This document shows, piece after piece, positions 37,871 to 49,969 of a stretch of 64,000 nt of DNA; within the stretch, counting starts at the first letter, position 1; the number at the start of each line of letters is the position of its first letter. The DNA comes from Octopus sinensis (lineage: Eukaryota): positions 1-64,000 of the forward strand of contig NC_043013.1 in assembly GCF_006345805.1 (NCBI RefSeq). Reading direction: 5' to 3'. Below the pieces are notes generated by a model. The model saw nothing but the letters and a program-made list of their open reading frames with translations. It did no database searches and was not told the DNA's origin. Made by a program: the position numbers and the translations under genes.

Positions 37871-38441
37871 ATTGATTTATGTTAACTAAGGTCGTCTGAG
37901 TTACTCTTACTTTTTTGGAGACCAAGAACAACAATCTTTACTGATAATCATTTATGAAAACACCTGATGCTTACACAATTAGCAAGTTATAAGGAAACTG
38001 CAATATGACACTGAAACTTTGTCAAACCTGCAGGTAAACTATTTGCAAGACTTTGGTCTTGTACAAGAGAGATGTCCACCATGCTACAGCCAAACTAGGC
38101 ACTGGTTCCTTGTTTATAACCGCACCTACCAAGGCAATTACAGCTTAGTTAAAGAATTACTGATGAGTACATGGAATAAAATACCACTCAGAATGGTAAT
38201 CAAACCAAAAAGACATCAAAGTATTCCTGATTTCATTGGTGTAACAACATAAGACAACTAGTATCAACATGATTCTTCATCAGAGACTGATGATTCTTTT
38301 GTGTAACATGCAGAAATTTCTATCCAGTATCCAAGATAAATATTGAGTTACATAAAATGTATGAGGCTCAGACCCAAAGTCACTATTATGACCAGTTACA
38401 GCTAACCATATCACTGGTTCTGAAGCATGCATACATATATA

Positions 38442-38590
38442 CAAGGGGCAGCTGAAAAGTTCCTGGATTTAAGGGCACCACGAAAGACGTTGTCGGGAGC
38501 CCAAGCTTCTGAATTCTTTTACAGCCCTTAGAAAAACTGAAGGACCACTAAAATAAGTCTGAAAGAGGAATATGTTGAATAAAATCGTAA
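38442..38590 (+). mobile_element. Mariner-like MITE fragment
   Basis: TA|caaggggcagctgaaaagttcctgg TIR-like start; internal aga gga (g)aa tat gtt gaa taa = RG(E)YVE* transposase end. Confidence 0.45.
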
Positions 38591-38765
38591 TTAACTGATC
38601 GACCCCAGTGCAGAACCGGTACTCAATTTATCGACCCCAAAAGGATGAAAGGCAAAGCATAACGGCAGACGAAATACCACTAAGCATTTTGCCTGGTGTG
38701 CTAACCTTTCTGCTAGCTTGTCGCCAGCAAGCTTCTTACCACACAGCTATGCCTGTGCCTATGTA

Positions 38766-38813
<48 letters not shown>

Positions 38814-40258
38814 CACACACACATTAATATACACAAACCTATTCAAATTCCTTTATATAAACTCATAAACACATACATTTTACATATCTGTCATTCCAAC
38901 TTTTGGCAACAGGAAAAGAGAAAGGGCAGTGAGAGCTGTAAAGAAAAAGACATGACAGATAGGTGTGGCTGTGTAGCAAGAAGTTTGCTACCCAACCACA
39001 TGGTTCCGGGTTCAGTCCCACTGCGTGGCACCCTGGGCAAGTGTCTTCTACTATAACCTCAGGCCAACCAAAGCCTTCTAAGTGAATTTGGTAGGCGGAA
39101 ACTGAAAGAAGCCTATCATATAAATATATATATATAGAATAAAAGAAAAGTAATGGAGGCGGTGTCACAGAATGGCCCTGTTCTAATGAATGCAACAAGA
39201 AAAGATATAAAAGATACGGGGTGGGGGTAAGAGAAAAAGAATTGGGAGAAATGAAGTGAAGTCAATACTAAACTCTACAGACTCAGTGAATGATTCTACA
39301 TCGACCGAAACACACATACAAGTGTACCTAAAGACACATTGACAGTCCCATCTATGAGCACAACACACACACACAATTAAAAGAAGATATAAACAAAGAT
39401 GGATACATATGCAAAGCAATACATGCAGACAAGTATGATGGAATAGCTACACACATGCATGTGTGTGTGCATGCACACACACACACACAACCTACATATG
39501 GACGCGTACACATACAAACTGAACCAGGCTCTGAAACCATACGTGCTCAGACACACACTTACCCTCTACTCAAACAACATACACATAATATACACTTGTG
39601 TATACAGTCTCAACCATGGGAAATACACACACAACCACACTATGTATATACACATATGACCACAGTGAAAGCATACGTTACATACATATCCAGACCGTCC
39701 CCCTCTGCACCACCTCTTCAATCAAGTATATTCACAAGACACACACACACACCTACGTAGACAACGAGGATCTTCTCCACCTACTCACCTATATGTATAC
39801 ATACAGGAATACTAAATACACACACATATTGAGAAATACATAAATACACACAAACACACCTAAATACGCAGACACATACACACACACACACCTATATAGA
39901 CGAGGATCTTCACCTAGACATATACTTACAAGCATGCTCAATACACATCTACACACACATGTTGAGAGATACATGCACGCGCACACACAAACATACCTAC
40001 ATACAGATACAAAGATACGTGCATACACATACATACACACACACCTACACAGACGCGGATCGACACCTATACGTATACTTACAAGCATGCTAAATACACA
40101 CACACATACACATGTTGAGAGCTACATACACACACAAACATGCATCCAGACACCTACCTACTCACCCATACACACAAACATACTAAAATAAACACACATA
40201 CATACCTACCCAGAAGCACATATGCATCCAGACCCACCCACCCACCCACCCGTGTTCA

Positions 40259-40361
<103 letters not shown>

Positions 40362-40985
40362 AACTAATCCCAGTCAACATGTCATGAAACATTACTGCAA
40401 TAAATTGTAAAATTTTGCAGCAACTATTTTCAGAAATCAATAGAAACCATTCAACCCAGAAGGCCAAGTACTTCCTGCACCACCCATCCACCACCACTAC
40501 ACCTCTTCCTGCTCTGCTCCCCTCCTCTCACTCACTCTCTCTCCCTCTCTTTCTCCCCACCATCCCCATCCTCTTCCTGCACCTCTTCTCTTTACCACCA
40601 CCACCCTCCCCCATCCTCTTCCTGCACCTCTTTTCTCCTCCTGCTCCTCTTCCTCTACCACCACCTCTTCCCACAACTCACCCATTTATGTTTCTTCTAC
40701 TCCTCCCTCTCTCACTCACTACTCCTCCTTCTCTTCTCAAACCACACATCTCTTCCCTATTCTCTATTCTGCTCCTCTTCCTCTTTAACAACTGCTCCTC
40801 TGGCTCTCCCTCTCCTCTCACTCACTCCTAGTCTTCACCTTCCATCTTCTCTGCCTCTACCCCCCCCCCCTTCATCCCACTCTGCCACCATTTTTCTTTA
40901 TCTTGGAATGAATTTATTGATCAGTGCACTCAATAGGAATGGATGATGGTGCTTAAGAGAAAAACGGTAATCCAGTGCCGTGCGC

Positions 40986-41112
40986 GCATGTGAGAGAGGG
41001 AGGGGAGGGAGTGAAGCATGTGAGAGAGGGAGAGGAGGGAGTGAAGCATGTGAGGGAGGGAGAGGAGGGAGTGAAGCATGTGAGAGAGGGAGAGGAGGGA
41101 GTGAAGCATGTT
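40986..41112. repeat. 30-bp minisatellite, about 4 copies
   Basis: gtgaagcatgtgagagagggagaggaggga repeated; 10-aa periodicity in the ORF track. Confidence 0.9.
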
Positions 41113-41751
41113 GCGTGTGCATACATGCATGCATGTGTTTATGTTTATGTGGCTTGAATGCATGTATACGTGAGCACACAACTAGCTGAGATCCAAGATC
41201 TTAGTCATGGGTGTAGAAGGAGTAAGAGTTCTTCACAATAATTCCGCTGCCATAGCACGAGTCTTTCAGAGTACTACACTATATCACAGTGAGAGTCGTT
41301 CTTCTTCAGAGTACTTCAGTACCATAATGAAAATTATTTGCAGTGCTCCATTACCACAATGAAAATTCTTCAGAGCATCATGCTACCATTATATGAATTC
41401 TCCATAGGGCTACATTAAAATACTGAGAGTTCCAAAGGCAGTACTGCAATCACTGAAAGTTCTGAAAAGAGTTACCTTATTACCATGAGAGTTCTTACGA
41501 GAGCAGCGCTTCTATTAAGAATTCTTTGTCTTCACACAGATTGAAGCGTCTCTGTGGAGTTCTGAAGAATATCATGACACTACAAGGAGCGATCTGAAGA
41601 CAGTAATGCTATCAGAAACAGAATGTTGATTGGCAAAACTGCAGTGAAGACTTCTAAAGAGAACAACATTACCAGTGTGAGATCTGAAGAGTTACAGCAC
41701 CATATTTCTATAATGAATCCATCTCCAAGTGGTACTACCATTGCAAAAGTG

Positions 41752-41782
<31 letters not shown>

Positions 41783-41939
41783 GGATTTTTTTTTTAAGAA
41801 CTCAATACAACAGAGAGAGTTCTTTAGAAAGTAATGCAGCCAGGAAAGGGTTCAGAAGACAGCTGTACTGATTCGTCAGTAAGTAATCTTACTACAGATA
41901 GATTTCTTGAAAAGTGCCTAGATCCCTTGAAGAAGGCTG

Positions 41940-42305
41940 AAGTGTGGCTGTGTGGTAAGAGCTTGCTTCCCACTACATGCTTCTAGGTTCACTCCCACTG
42001 CATGGCACCTTGGGCAAGTGTCATCTACTATAGCCCCGGGCTGACCAAAGCCTTGTGAGTAGATTTGGTAGATGGAGGCTGAAAGAAATCTATCATGTAT
42101 GTCTGTGTCTTTGTGTCAATGTTTATCCCCCATCAGTTGGTGTGTTTACATCCTTGTAACCTAGTGGTTTGGCAAAAGATATTGATAGAATAAGTACTGG
42201 ACTTGAAAAAAATAAGTACTAGGCTTGATTCATTCAACTACAAATGCTTCAAGGCAGTGCCCCAGCATGGCCGCAATCTAAAGACTGAAACAAGAAAAAG
42301 ATAAA
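41940..42305 (+). mobile_element. tRNA-headed SINE, near full length
   Basis: tggctgtgtggtaag..gttcactcccactgcatggcaccttgggcaagtgtc head and ggcagtgccccagcatggccgc tail; relatives at about 23825-24235, 38960-39120, 53100-53240 and 55825-55960. Confidence 0.75.
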
Positions 42306-42729
42306 GATAGCAGAAAGAGAATTCTTTGAGATCCACACTTTTAGAGAATTAAGTGAAAGACAGCAAAAGTTTTGACACAGCTGAGTTCCAAGCCGAACAC
42401 TACACCACATTTCTGTACACCAAAGAATTTAACATGCAAGTAAATGTGCTGTTACTTAACCTGCAAGAAATAACAGCCAAATCTCCCTCAAATTACACAT
42501 ATCTTAAAAAAGGAAATGCACATTGGGTAATTTTGTTTTAGGTATATTACATCTGAAAAAGAAATAGATGAGAAGTTTAGGTCTCTTTTCATCGTGGGTC
42601 AATTTGATAAGAGTAGAAGTGGTGCTAAACAAGAACACAGGTTTAAACTTATCAGCAACATCTGATCCCTAAGACCTCACTAAAGTTGTCTCACCAAGGA
42701 AAAGCAAATATTTGTAAAACTAAATTTGA

Positions 42730-43060
42730 AGACTGTTTGCCAACATAACATGGCAGTCCTGGTTTAGGACTAATGCTGCTGTAATTTAGCCCCAGGAGAC
42801 ATTATCTCCAGTTGGCTATACAACATGATCTGTGTCCTTATATTTTCGAACAAGGGAATCTAGCACTCCCACTCAGCTCAAAACAATATAAGAACACAGA
42901 TCGTGTCATATAACCCGCAGGAGACAATGTCTCCTGGGGCTAAATTACAGCAACATTCGTCCTAAACCAGGACTGCCATGTTATGTTGGCAAACAATCTT
43001 TACTACAAAGTACTGTTGCTGAATATCTCACGTGGTGAGATTTAAAAATAGTAATTTTCT
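42730..43060. mobile_element. Palindromic non-autonomous element with a perfect 12-bp TSD
   Basis: aactaaatttga at 42718-42729 and 43061-43072; about 120-bp inverted arms plus a unique ~65-bp tail; second copy in the opposite orientation at 61362-61727. Confidence 0.85.
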
Positions 43061-43094
43061 AACTAAATTTGAGTTTGCATTCCAGGTAACTGTT

Positions 43095-45760
43095 ACTGTA
43101 ATTGTGTCACCGCAACCAACTCTGATGGATTAGATCTAGGATATGTAGATAAACAGTTGAAGAACATGTGGTGATTATGTACCCTCGCACATAAGACCAC
43201 CACAATTGATGGACCCTGGTTGGCCACCACTGCCACCAAGCCACCCATCATACCAACACCAACGCCATTTCTACTAATGAATATAAGAGGCTTGCTGCAG
43301 AACAGCAGTAAATGCAAAATTGAGCACCTGAAGAATCTTTCTGCATGTAATCAAGCTATATGCATTGCACTTACAGAAACACATCTATCTGCAGACATAA
43401 ATGATGCGGAGATACCCCATACCAATGTATGCTGTCTTCTGTACAGACAGAAGAAAAAGATGTCACTGTGGAGTTGCAATGTACATCCGAGAAGATGTCA
43501 CACCATTAACCCTGTTATTGAACTGGAACACGGTGTGTGACACACTCATGGTACATCTAAAGCAACTTGATATAGTGATATGCACACTATATTGCCCACC
43601 TGATGCCTCAAATCATGATGGAAAATTTGAGGAAAGCCTCAGTGTGATAAAGGAAGTACTAACACAATTGGATCAACATATTCCAGATGGGTGACTTCAA
43701 CTTCCCCAACATCAGGTGTCCTGAGGGCAATATAACCCCACGAATGACACACTAAGAGCGAAATCAAGCAGAATCTCTACTTGATCTTACAAAAATGCTA
43801 TTCATGGAGCAGATCATCCTCTCTCCAACCAGGCACAAAAATATCCTGGACCTCTGTTTTACAAACAATGTGGAAATTATCCACAATGTAAATATATCAC
43901 TGACAATATTCTCAAACCATAACATGATAGAACTGAAAATGTATGGCCCAGAATTAACTAAAGATAAACTCCACACAGATGGCACTCAAACCCTATCCAG
44001 CCTAAATTTCTATAAGGCTGACTGGAAGTCACTTGAAAAACAGAAACTTTAGCAGGACAGGCCTAAAAGCCTCTCTATGCAAGACATAGATATGAAACTC
44101 AATTAATTCATATCAATAATGCAAGCCATATGCATTAAATACATCCGAGAGAAGGGAGCCAATACACAAAAAAACATCATTCCCCAAGACAGGAGAATAC
44201 TCATGCAGCGGAGAATAAAGATCTCGAATCATTTCAACAAACACATCAATGACAGTGGGAAATCCCAGCTGACAGAGATGGAAAATAAACTCAAAATCTC
44301 CCATGGAAAAGAAAGAGAGGAAAATCCTAAAGCTTTCTACATGTTGGCAAAGGAGTCTGCCTCAGTATGCTATAAGATAGGGCCACTATTTGGCAAAAAT
44401 GGCTCACTAAATGCAGACCCAGGGAAGATAAGTGAAGCACTAAATAAACAATTCCAAAGTGTTTTCACTTTTTCCCTCTGGAAAATATGCAAATAAACAA
44501 GCCGAAGGAGTTTTTCAATGTAATTAATCTATTTCGAAAAGAGGCAACCATCGATTACATCAACATAACAGAAGAGGATGTAATATTGGCCATTGATGAG
44601 ATGAGATCGAACTCAGCAACAGGCCCAGATGGACACCCAGCTGTTCAACAAGGTGGGAGAGTGCTGCATGATTTTCCAAAGGGCAGGAGTCAGACAGCTC
44701 TAGCCAATGATGCTCACTCTAAAGAGGAACCAATTCTCAGTGAAGTCCCACAAAGAGCTGTACTGGGGCCACTACTATTTGTGGTGGCCCCCTCAGACAT
44801 GCCATCTACAGTACAGTCAGCCAATCTGACCAGTTATGCTAATGACACCAAAGTATTGCAGGCAGTTAGGAACCCAGAGGACATCATAAAACTGCAGAAA
44901 GACCTGAACGAAATATACAAATGGGCTTACAAAAATAACATGCAGTTCAAGGCTATGAAATTTCAGGCACTCCACTATTGGTCAAACATCAGGCTAAAAT
45001 CGGAATACAGTGGACCAGAAGGTAATACTATCCCAGAGTCAAAGTCGGTGCATAACCTGAGGGTTCACATGAGCAATGATGCAACATTCCATGTGCATAT
45101 TACCAAGATGGCAACACTGTGCAGGCGAGTGGCTGGACGGATTCTGAGAACATTCAAGAACCAGGAAAAGGGAGGGGCCCTGCTACCCCTACGGAGTACT
45201 TTTGTTCTCAGCTGCCTGGACTACTGCTCTCAACTATGGTCCTCAGAGAGAGTGAAACAAATTGTGGAACTCGAAGCAATACACAAAGAAGATTGACACG
45301 ATGCAAAAGATGGGCTACTGGGAGAGGCTAAGGGAGCTGAGTCTTTATTTCCTGGAGAGAAGAAGAGAGAGATATGCAGTGATATATATATTTGGAAGAT
45401 CTTAGAGGGTTTAGCTCCCAATTTTGGAATTGACAGCTATACCAATCCTCAAACTAGACAGCACTGCTTCACACCAAAGATCCCATCTTCCCCATCTAAA
45501 ATAAGGACTCAGTACTGAAATAGTCTGGGTTTCGAGGGCCTGCAATTGTTCAACATCCTTCTAGGCAACCTTAGAGATCTACATGGTATTGATGTGGAAG
45601 TTTTCTGGACAGGTTTCTCTCTGTGGTACCAGATGAACCCACGTCACGGCAGGAGACGCAGAGAAGTGTGACTCCATCCAGAAGCCGGGAACCACACCAA
45701 ATAACTACAGGTGATGCACCAGCATCACCTCAGCTCTCGGCTGAAACCAGTAAAAAATAA
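43095..45760 (+). mobile_element. Decayed CR1-group LINE (APE + RT) with an internal RT deletion
   Basis: APE motifs NIRGL, LTETHL, GDFNFP, ILDLCFTN, NFYKADW; RT motifs SEVPQRAVLGPLLF, YANDTK, LQKDL..WA..NNMQF, LDYCSQLWS; many stops and frameshifts. The exact clade is uncertain. Confidence 0.9.
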
Positions 45761-45821
45761 ACGATACATATATATAGGAGTATGTGTATATATGTGTGTG
45801 TTTGTGTGTGTGTGTGTGCGT

Positions 45822-45873
<52 letters not shown>

Positions 45874-46444
45874 TACACACATATATATTAGTAACTGGGG
45901 CAGTGATGGATTCATCCTTATCATTTAATGGCCATTTTCCCGGCTGGCATGGGTTCAATGGTCTGACAGGAGCTACCAAACCAGAGAGCTGCACCAGGCT
46001 CCAATTGTCTGTTTTGGCATGATTTCTATGGCTGGATGCCCTTCCTAATGCCAACCACTTTACAGAGTGGACTGAGTGCTTCTAATCTAACACCATCACC
46101 ACCAGAGCTTTATTCATGGCACCGGCACAGATATGAACTTACAAACAGTCAGACCAAAATGCTAAAAATGATTGTAATATAAAAGAGTAGACACAAAAAA
46201 AAAAAATCAATAAAGAACTCTTAAATATTTCTGTATAATGAGCAGATGTCTCAGGGTCACAAGCATTTCACCCCTTAGCCTGTAGCTTCACCTGAGTGGC
46301 ACAGCAAGGCCTGAACTAGTCTTAACCTATAGAAGGGTTTCATTTACAGTCTCTTCTCAAAAACAGCCATCTATTTAAATGTATCAGATGTGTAAGTCCA
46401 TTCTGATGTAATAAAAGTCTTGTTTTTCAATAAAAATAATCGAA

Positions 46445-46711
46445 TAATTTAATTATTTGCATTATTTACATTTGATGGATATTTGTCCTCATCTTGTTTG
46501 TTGTTAACACAACATTTCGGCTGATTTACCCTCCAGCCTTCATCAGGTGTCTTGGGGAAATTGCGAACCTAGGTTCTCATTCCTATGGTATTTTTCGATG
46601 ATATTATTATTATTATTATTCAGGTCACTGCCTGGAATCAAACTCGGAATCTTGGGGTTAGTAGCCCACACTCTTAACAATGCCATATGCCCATGAGCAC
46701 ATGGCGTAGTG
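46445..46711 (-). mobile_element. tRNA-headed SINE-like element carrying a hammerhead motif (46506-46551)
   Basis: Minus strand: gggcatatggc..gttaagagtgtgggctactaaccccaagattccgagtttgattcc (tRNA-like, B box), (AAT)n, then gacac-CTGATGA-a-ggctg-gagggtaaat-cagcc-GAAA-t-GTT-gtgtt. Confidence 0.75.
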
Positions 46712-47859
46712 ATGAACTTTCTTATCAAACTCAGTCGTGAATTTGCCAGCAAAGAACAAAATAATTTTTTTACAGTGACAAATGTATCAGGTTCTTATAA
46801 ATATTCAACTTGATTTTCTTTGCTATTTTGAAAATACAGGAATCTATTTTTTAATTCTAAAGTAAATTTATACTTTTGCCTTGGTAGTGTTTTTAAAGTT
46901 GGGAAACAAAATGTATCAGTGGAATATTTCTGTAATTCTCAGGATACAGGGCAGACATTGAGACATTCTTCACTTTTTTGGCACATCGTAAACAGTTAAG
47001 TAACACCATTTAAAACAGCTTGCTGCACTTGCGCGCTGACAATTAATAAACCATGCACCTCTCCACAAAACAAACATTGGTTACTTTTGTATTTGTATAA
47101 AAACATTGCTGAAAAATGCTTTCCCAGTCATAAAACAACAATCAAAACTAAATTATCAGAAATTATATATAGTAGTGGTGTTATAGAAAAAAGATGTTTC
47201 ACACATCTAGACATAGCTTAACCGTAGTTAAATAAAGACTGGTGAACAATTAACAGAATAGATTTGCCAGGAATATGGCTCATGTGAATCCAAGTAGACT
47301 AGTCATTAGTAAATGTGATAGTACTGTTAAAATTTTTTTTTAATTTATTGTTGCCAGTATGGAAGGCAGACATTAAATGGTAATGATGGTGATGAATATT
47401 TAAAAGCAAGACAGAATCTTAGAACGTTTTCTTGTTAGAAATTATTTTAGTCTAAGCAATTTATGGAATGGTATACCCATCCCACCACCAAATCTGACAA
47501 TTTTCTTGCAACTTCTCAAAGATGTTGCAATATTTCCCTCTGAGAGATACTGCAGAAACATCCAGCTCCCCAGGGTATCTTTACAAACACTCCCACCTTA
47601 CCACAACTCATGCAACAAGAGATAGTTTCTGCTGGTAACAATGGGGTTCTCCCTCAGAATGATGGGCAGATTGTATGAAGCGACTGAGTCAAATGAGACG
47701 GTACATTGCAAGGAGGCATGGGTCTTGAATGCAAAGGATCTGAGAAGATGAGAAGGAAATGAAGTGAGCCTGCTTTGCAGGACAGGCAAAACTGGTGTGC
47801 ATGAACAACTGAACAAATAAGTGGAGGCAAAAACTAAATCATAAAATGATGCAGGTGTG

Positions 47860-48685
47860 TTATTAATATTTCTAGAGGGTTGTTATTGAAAATATCAACA
47901 TTAGCAGATAATTTAGATAATCTAAATGAAATATTCTTTACTAAGTTTTTAGTAATTGCTCCAGGATGATTACTAAATTTGCTAATGTACTTAAGATTGG
48001 TCAACGGTTTATGATATGGGAGGTAAGAGTCACTGTGTAAATTAAGTGTAATATCTAAAAAGTTGGCCTTCGTCATATCGTCATCAAAAACGATTTTTAA
48101 GCCCATTCTACTGAAAAAATTAACTAAACTATTCTTAACTTTTTGTACCTTTTGGTTGGAAACATTTTGGAGGTAAAGTAAACAATCATCACGATATAGA
48201 CCTCCATAAATGTTAGGGAACTCTTCAGCCATTTCAAAAAGAATATATATACAGACCACATCAGCTATCTGTGCTGAATCAGCACTTCCCATTGGTATAT
48301 CGAAACTATCTGGTGTGTCTTTACGGACCCACAACTTATCATCAAATTTAATAATAGATCTTCTGGCTGCCAACACAACATTAATTTCTTCTCGGGTGAG
48401 ACCAGCTTTGTTATGAGCAAGCCAAAGTGCCTTATTAAGTACTATTGGATTGATAGATGAATAAAAATTGGAAATATCAAACTGGATAAACTTAGTACTC
48501 ACCTTATTGTTAATAGAACTAAACCAGTCAACTACTTCAAACGAATTAGTCCATAAACTAAGTTTTAATGTTTTGATTAAATTAGGAATATATTTATCTA
48601 GTATATTTTTACTAAGGATACCGATGTCAGAGCTAGAAGGGCAGATAAGCCTTAATGATGGGTTAGTAAAAAAATTTCTATCCAT
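47860..48685 (-). mobile_element. Penelope-like element reverse transcriptase fragment (Neptune-like, endonuclease C-terminal)
   Basis: PSLRLICP, FIQFDISNFYSSI, FDIPMGSADSAQ, GLYRDDCL, NFLDITLNL, YHKP..SNHP; open frame but truncated at both ends. Subclade name is from memory. Confidence 0.92.
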
Positions 48686-48955
48686 TACTCAACATTTAGG
48701 GATAGAAATAAATGGAATAGTACCGGTCTCAGCAAACTGATTTGGGATTTAAAAGACCACAATGAACAATTTCATTTGGAATGGTTGATCCTCTCAATTT
48801 CGATACCATATGACAAAGGCAAGAAATTCTGTCTTCTCTGCAATTCTGAGCTATTTTTCATTATTTTTTCTAAAAATACTCTAGTAAACACGGTTATAGA
48901 GCGAGCAAACAGACGTAAGCATTGGCAAAAACATACATTTAGTGCATATAAGTAG
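48683..48955 (+). mobile_element. PLE GIY-YIG endonuclease C-terminal half, inverted relative to the RT
   Basis: Start-less 90-aa frame missed by the ORF track: HYSTFRDRNKWNSTGLSKLIWDLKDHNEQFHLEWLILSISIPYDKGKKFCLLCNSELFFIIFSKNTLVNTVIERANRRKHWQKHTFSAYK*. Confidence 0.85.
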
Positions 48956-49156
48956 TCTCTATCATTATATATAATTTAAACTTTAATTTCCTTTATATTT
49001 AACATTCACTATTGGTATCCCTACTCTTTCTGTTAGCTACTTATGACGTTATATCATATAACGTTTTTTTAAACAATATTAATAGCGTTCAGTTAATCAC
49101 TATACAAATCCATCATTTTTTGCTAAAATATCTTATTGACGAGTTTCGTTTTTTTC

Positions 49157-49240
49157 ACTTTCTTGAGGAGAAGATTGCATTGTTTATACCATTTATTCTT
49201 TTGAATAGTATCAGTGGAATTTTCGAAACGTGTCGAAAGT
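49157..49240 (+). ncRNA. Type I hammerhead-like fold in the PLE pLTR (C3U variant)
   Basis: actttc-TTGAGGA-gaagatt...aattttc-GAAA-cgt-GTC-gaaagt: 6-bp helix I, 7-bp helix II base, minimal helix III. Confidence 0.65.
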
Positions 49241-49283
49241 AAAAATATTTGATTACACCTGCGTTAACTTCATTTTTTATTCA

Positions 49284-49317
<34 letters not shown>

Positions 49318-49453
49318 AAACATAATCTAATAGGGTAATAAAATAAATTATTATTACCAGTGGCCTAGCACAAAAGACGAATTAGTCATTAGACTATATA
49401 TTTTTCGTATAGAAATATAATAAACAGTCTGTGCGTCTAGGATTATGAAGGCT

Positions 49454-49530
49454 TCCCACTGAAGACCCTGGCCTGGCAAATATATTCTGTGTGTTTGCTA
49501 AAAAAGAGGTAGAAACCGTTCGGTCTGGGA
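49454..49530 (+). ncRNA. Type I hammerhead ribozyme motif, copy 1
   Basis: tccca-CTGAAGA-[helix II region]-GAAA-cc-gttc-g-GTC-tggga; perfect 5-bp helix I and 3-bp helix III; the base of helix II is imperfect. Confidence 0.7.
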
Positions 49531-49892
49531 TATAGCTGAGATGGTAAATGTTTTTAATTTTCATTCCTTTCATGAATTTATCCATTTTTGTGTTTCTAGC
49601 ACTACGCTTCCTTATTTGGAAGCCTTTTATTATATTTCTATACAAAAAAATATATAGTCTAATGACTAATTCGTCGTTTGTGCTAGGCCACTGGAAATAG
49701 TAATTTATTTTATTACCCTATTTGATTATGTTTAAATATTGCTTGATAAATTTGTTCGTAAATTTTTACCGCCATCCTCTCTGTTCGCCGGGTATGATTT
49801 GCGTCTGCGCAGAGGTTTGAAAAGTTAGGATATACAAACCGTTAGATCTACATGTGCTTCTAACAGTCTGTGTGTCCAGGATTACGAAGGCT

Positions 49893-49969
49893 TCCCACTG
49901 AAGACCCTGGCCTGGCAAATATATTCTGTGTGTTTGCTAAAAAAGAGGTAGAAACCGTTCGGTCTGGGA
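49893..49969 (+). ncRNA. Type I hammerhead ribozyme motif, copy 2
   Basis: Identical to copy 1, 439 nt downstream. Confidence 0.7.

Noticed and set aside
38150-38200. CTGATGA as a hammerhead core (also at 35003 and 36140)
   Set aside because: No correctly placed GAAA, helix III or NUH triplet.
44487-45296. 269-aa ORF as a host gene
   Set aside because: It is the deleted RT of a decayed LINE with mutated catalytic motifs (YANDTK).
47834-48955. Naiad/Chlamys-type (N-terminal endonuclease, selenoprotein) PLE
   Set aside because: The endonuclease fragment ends in a stop followed by the pLTR, so it is C-terminal; there is no in-frame TGA in the RT frame.
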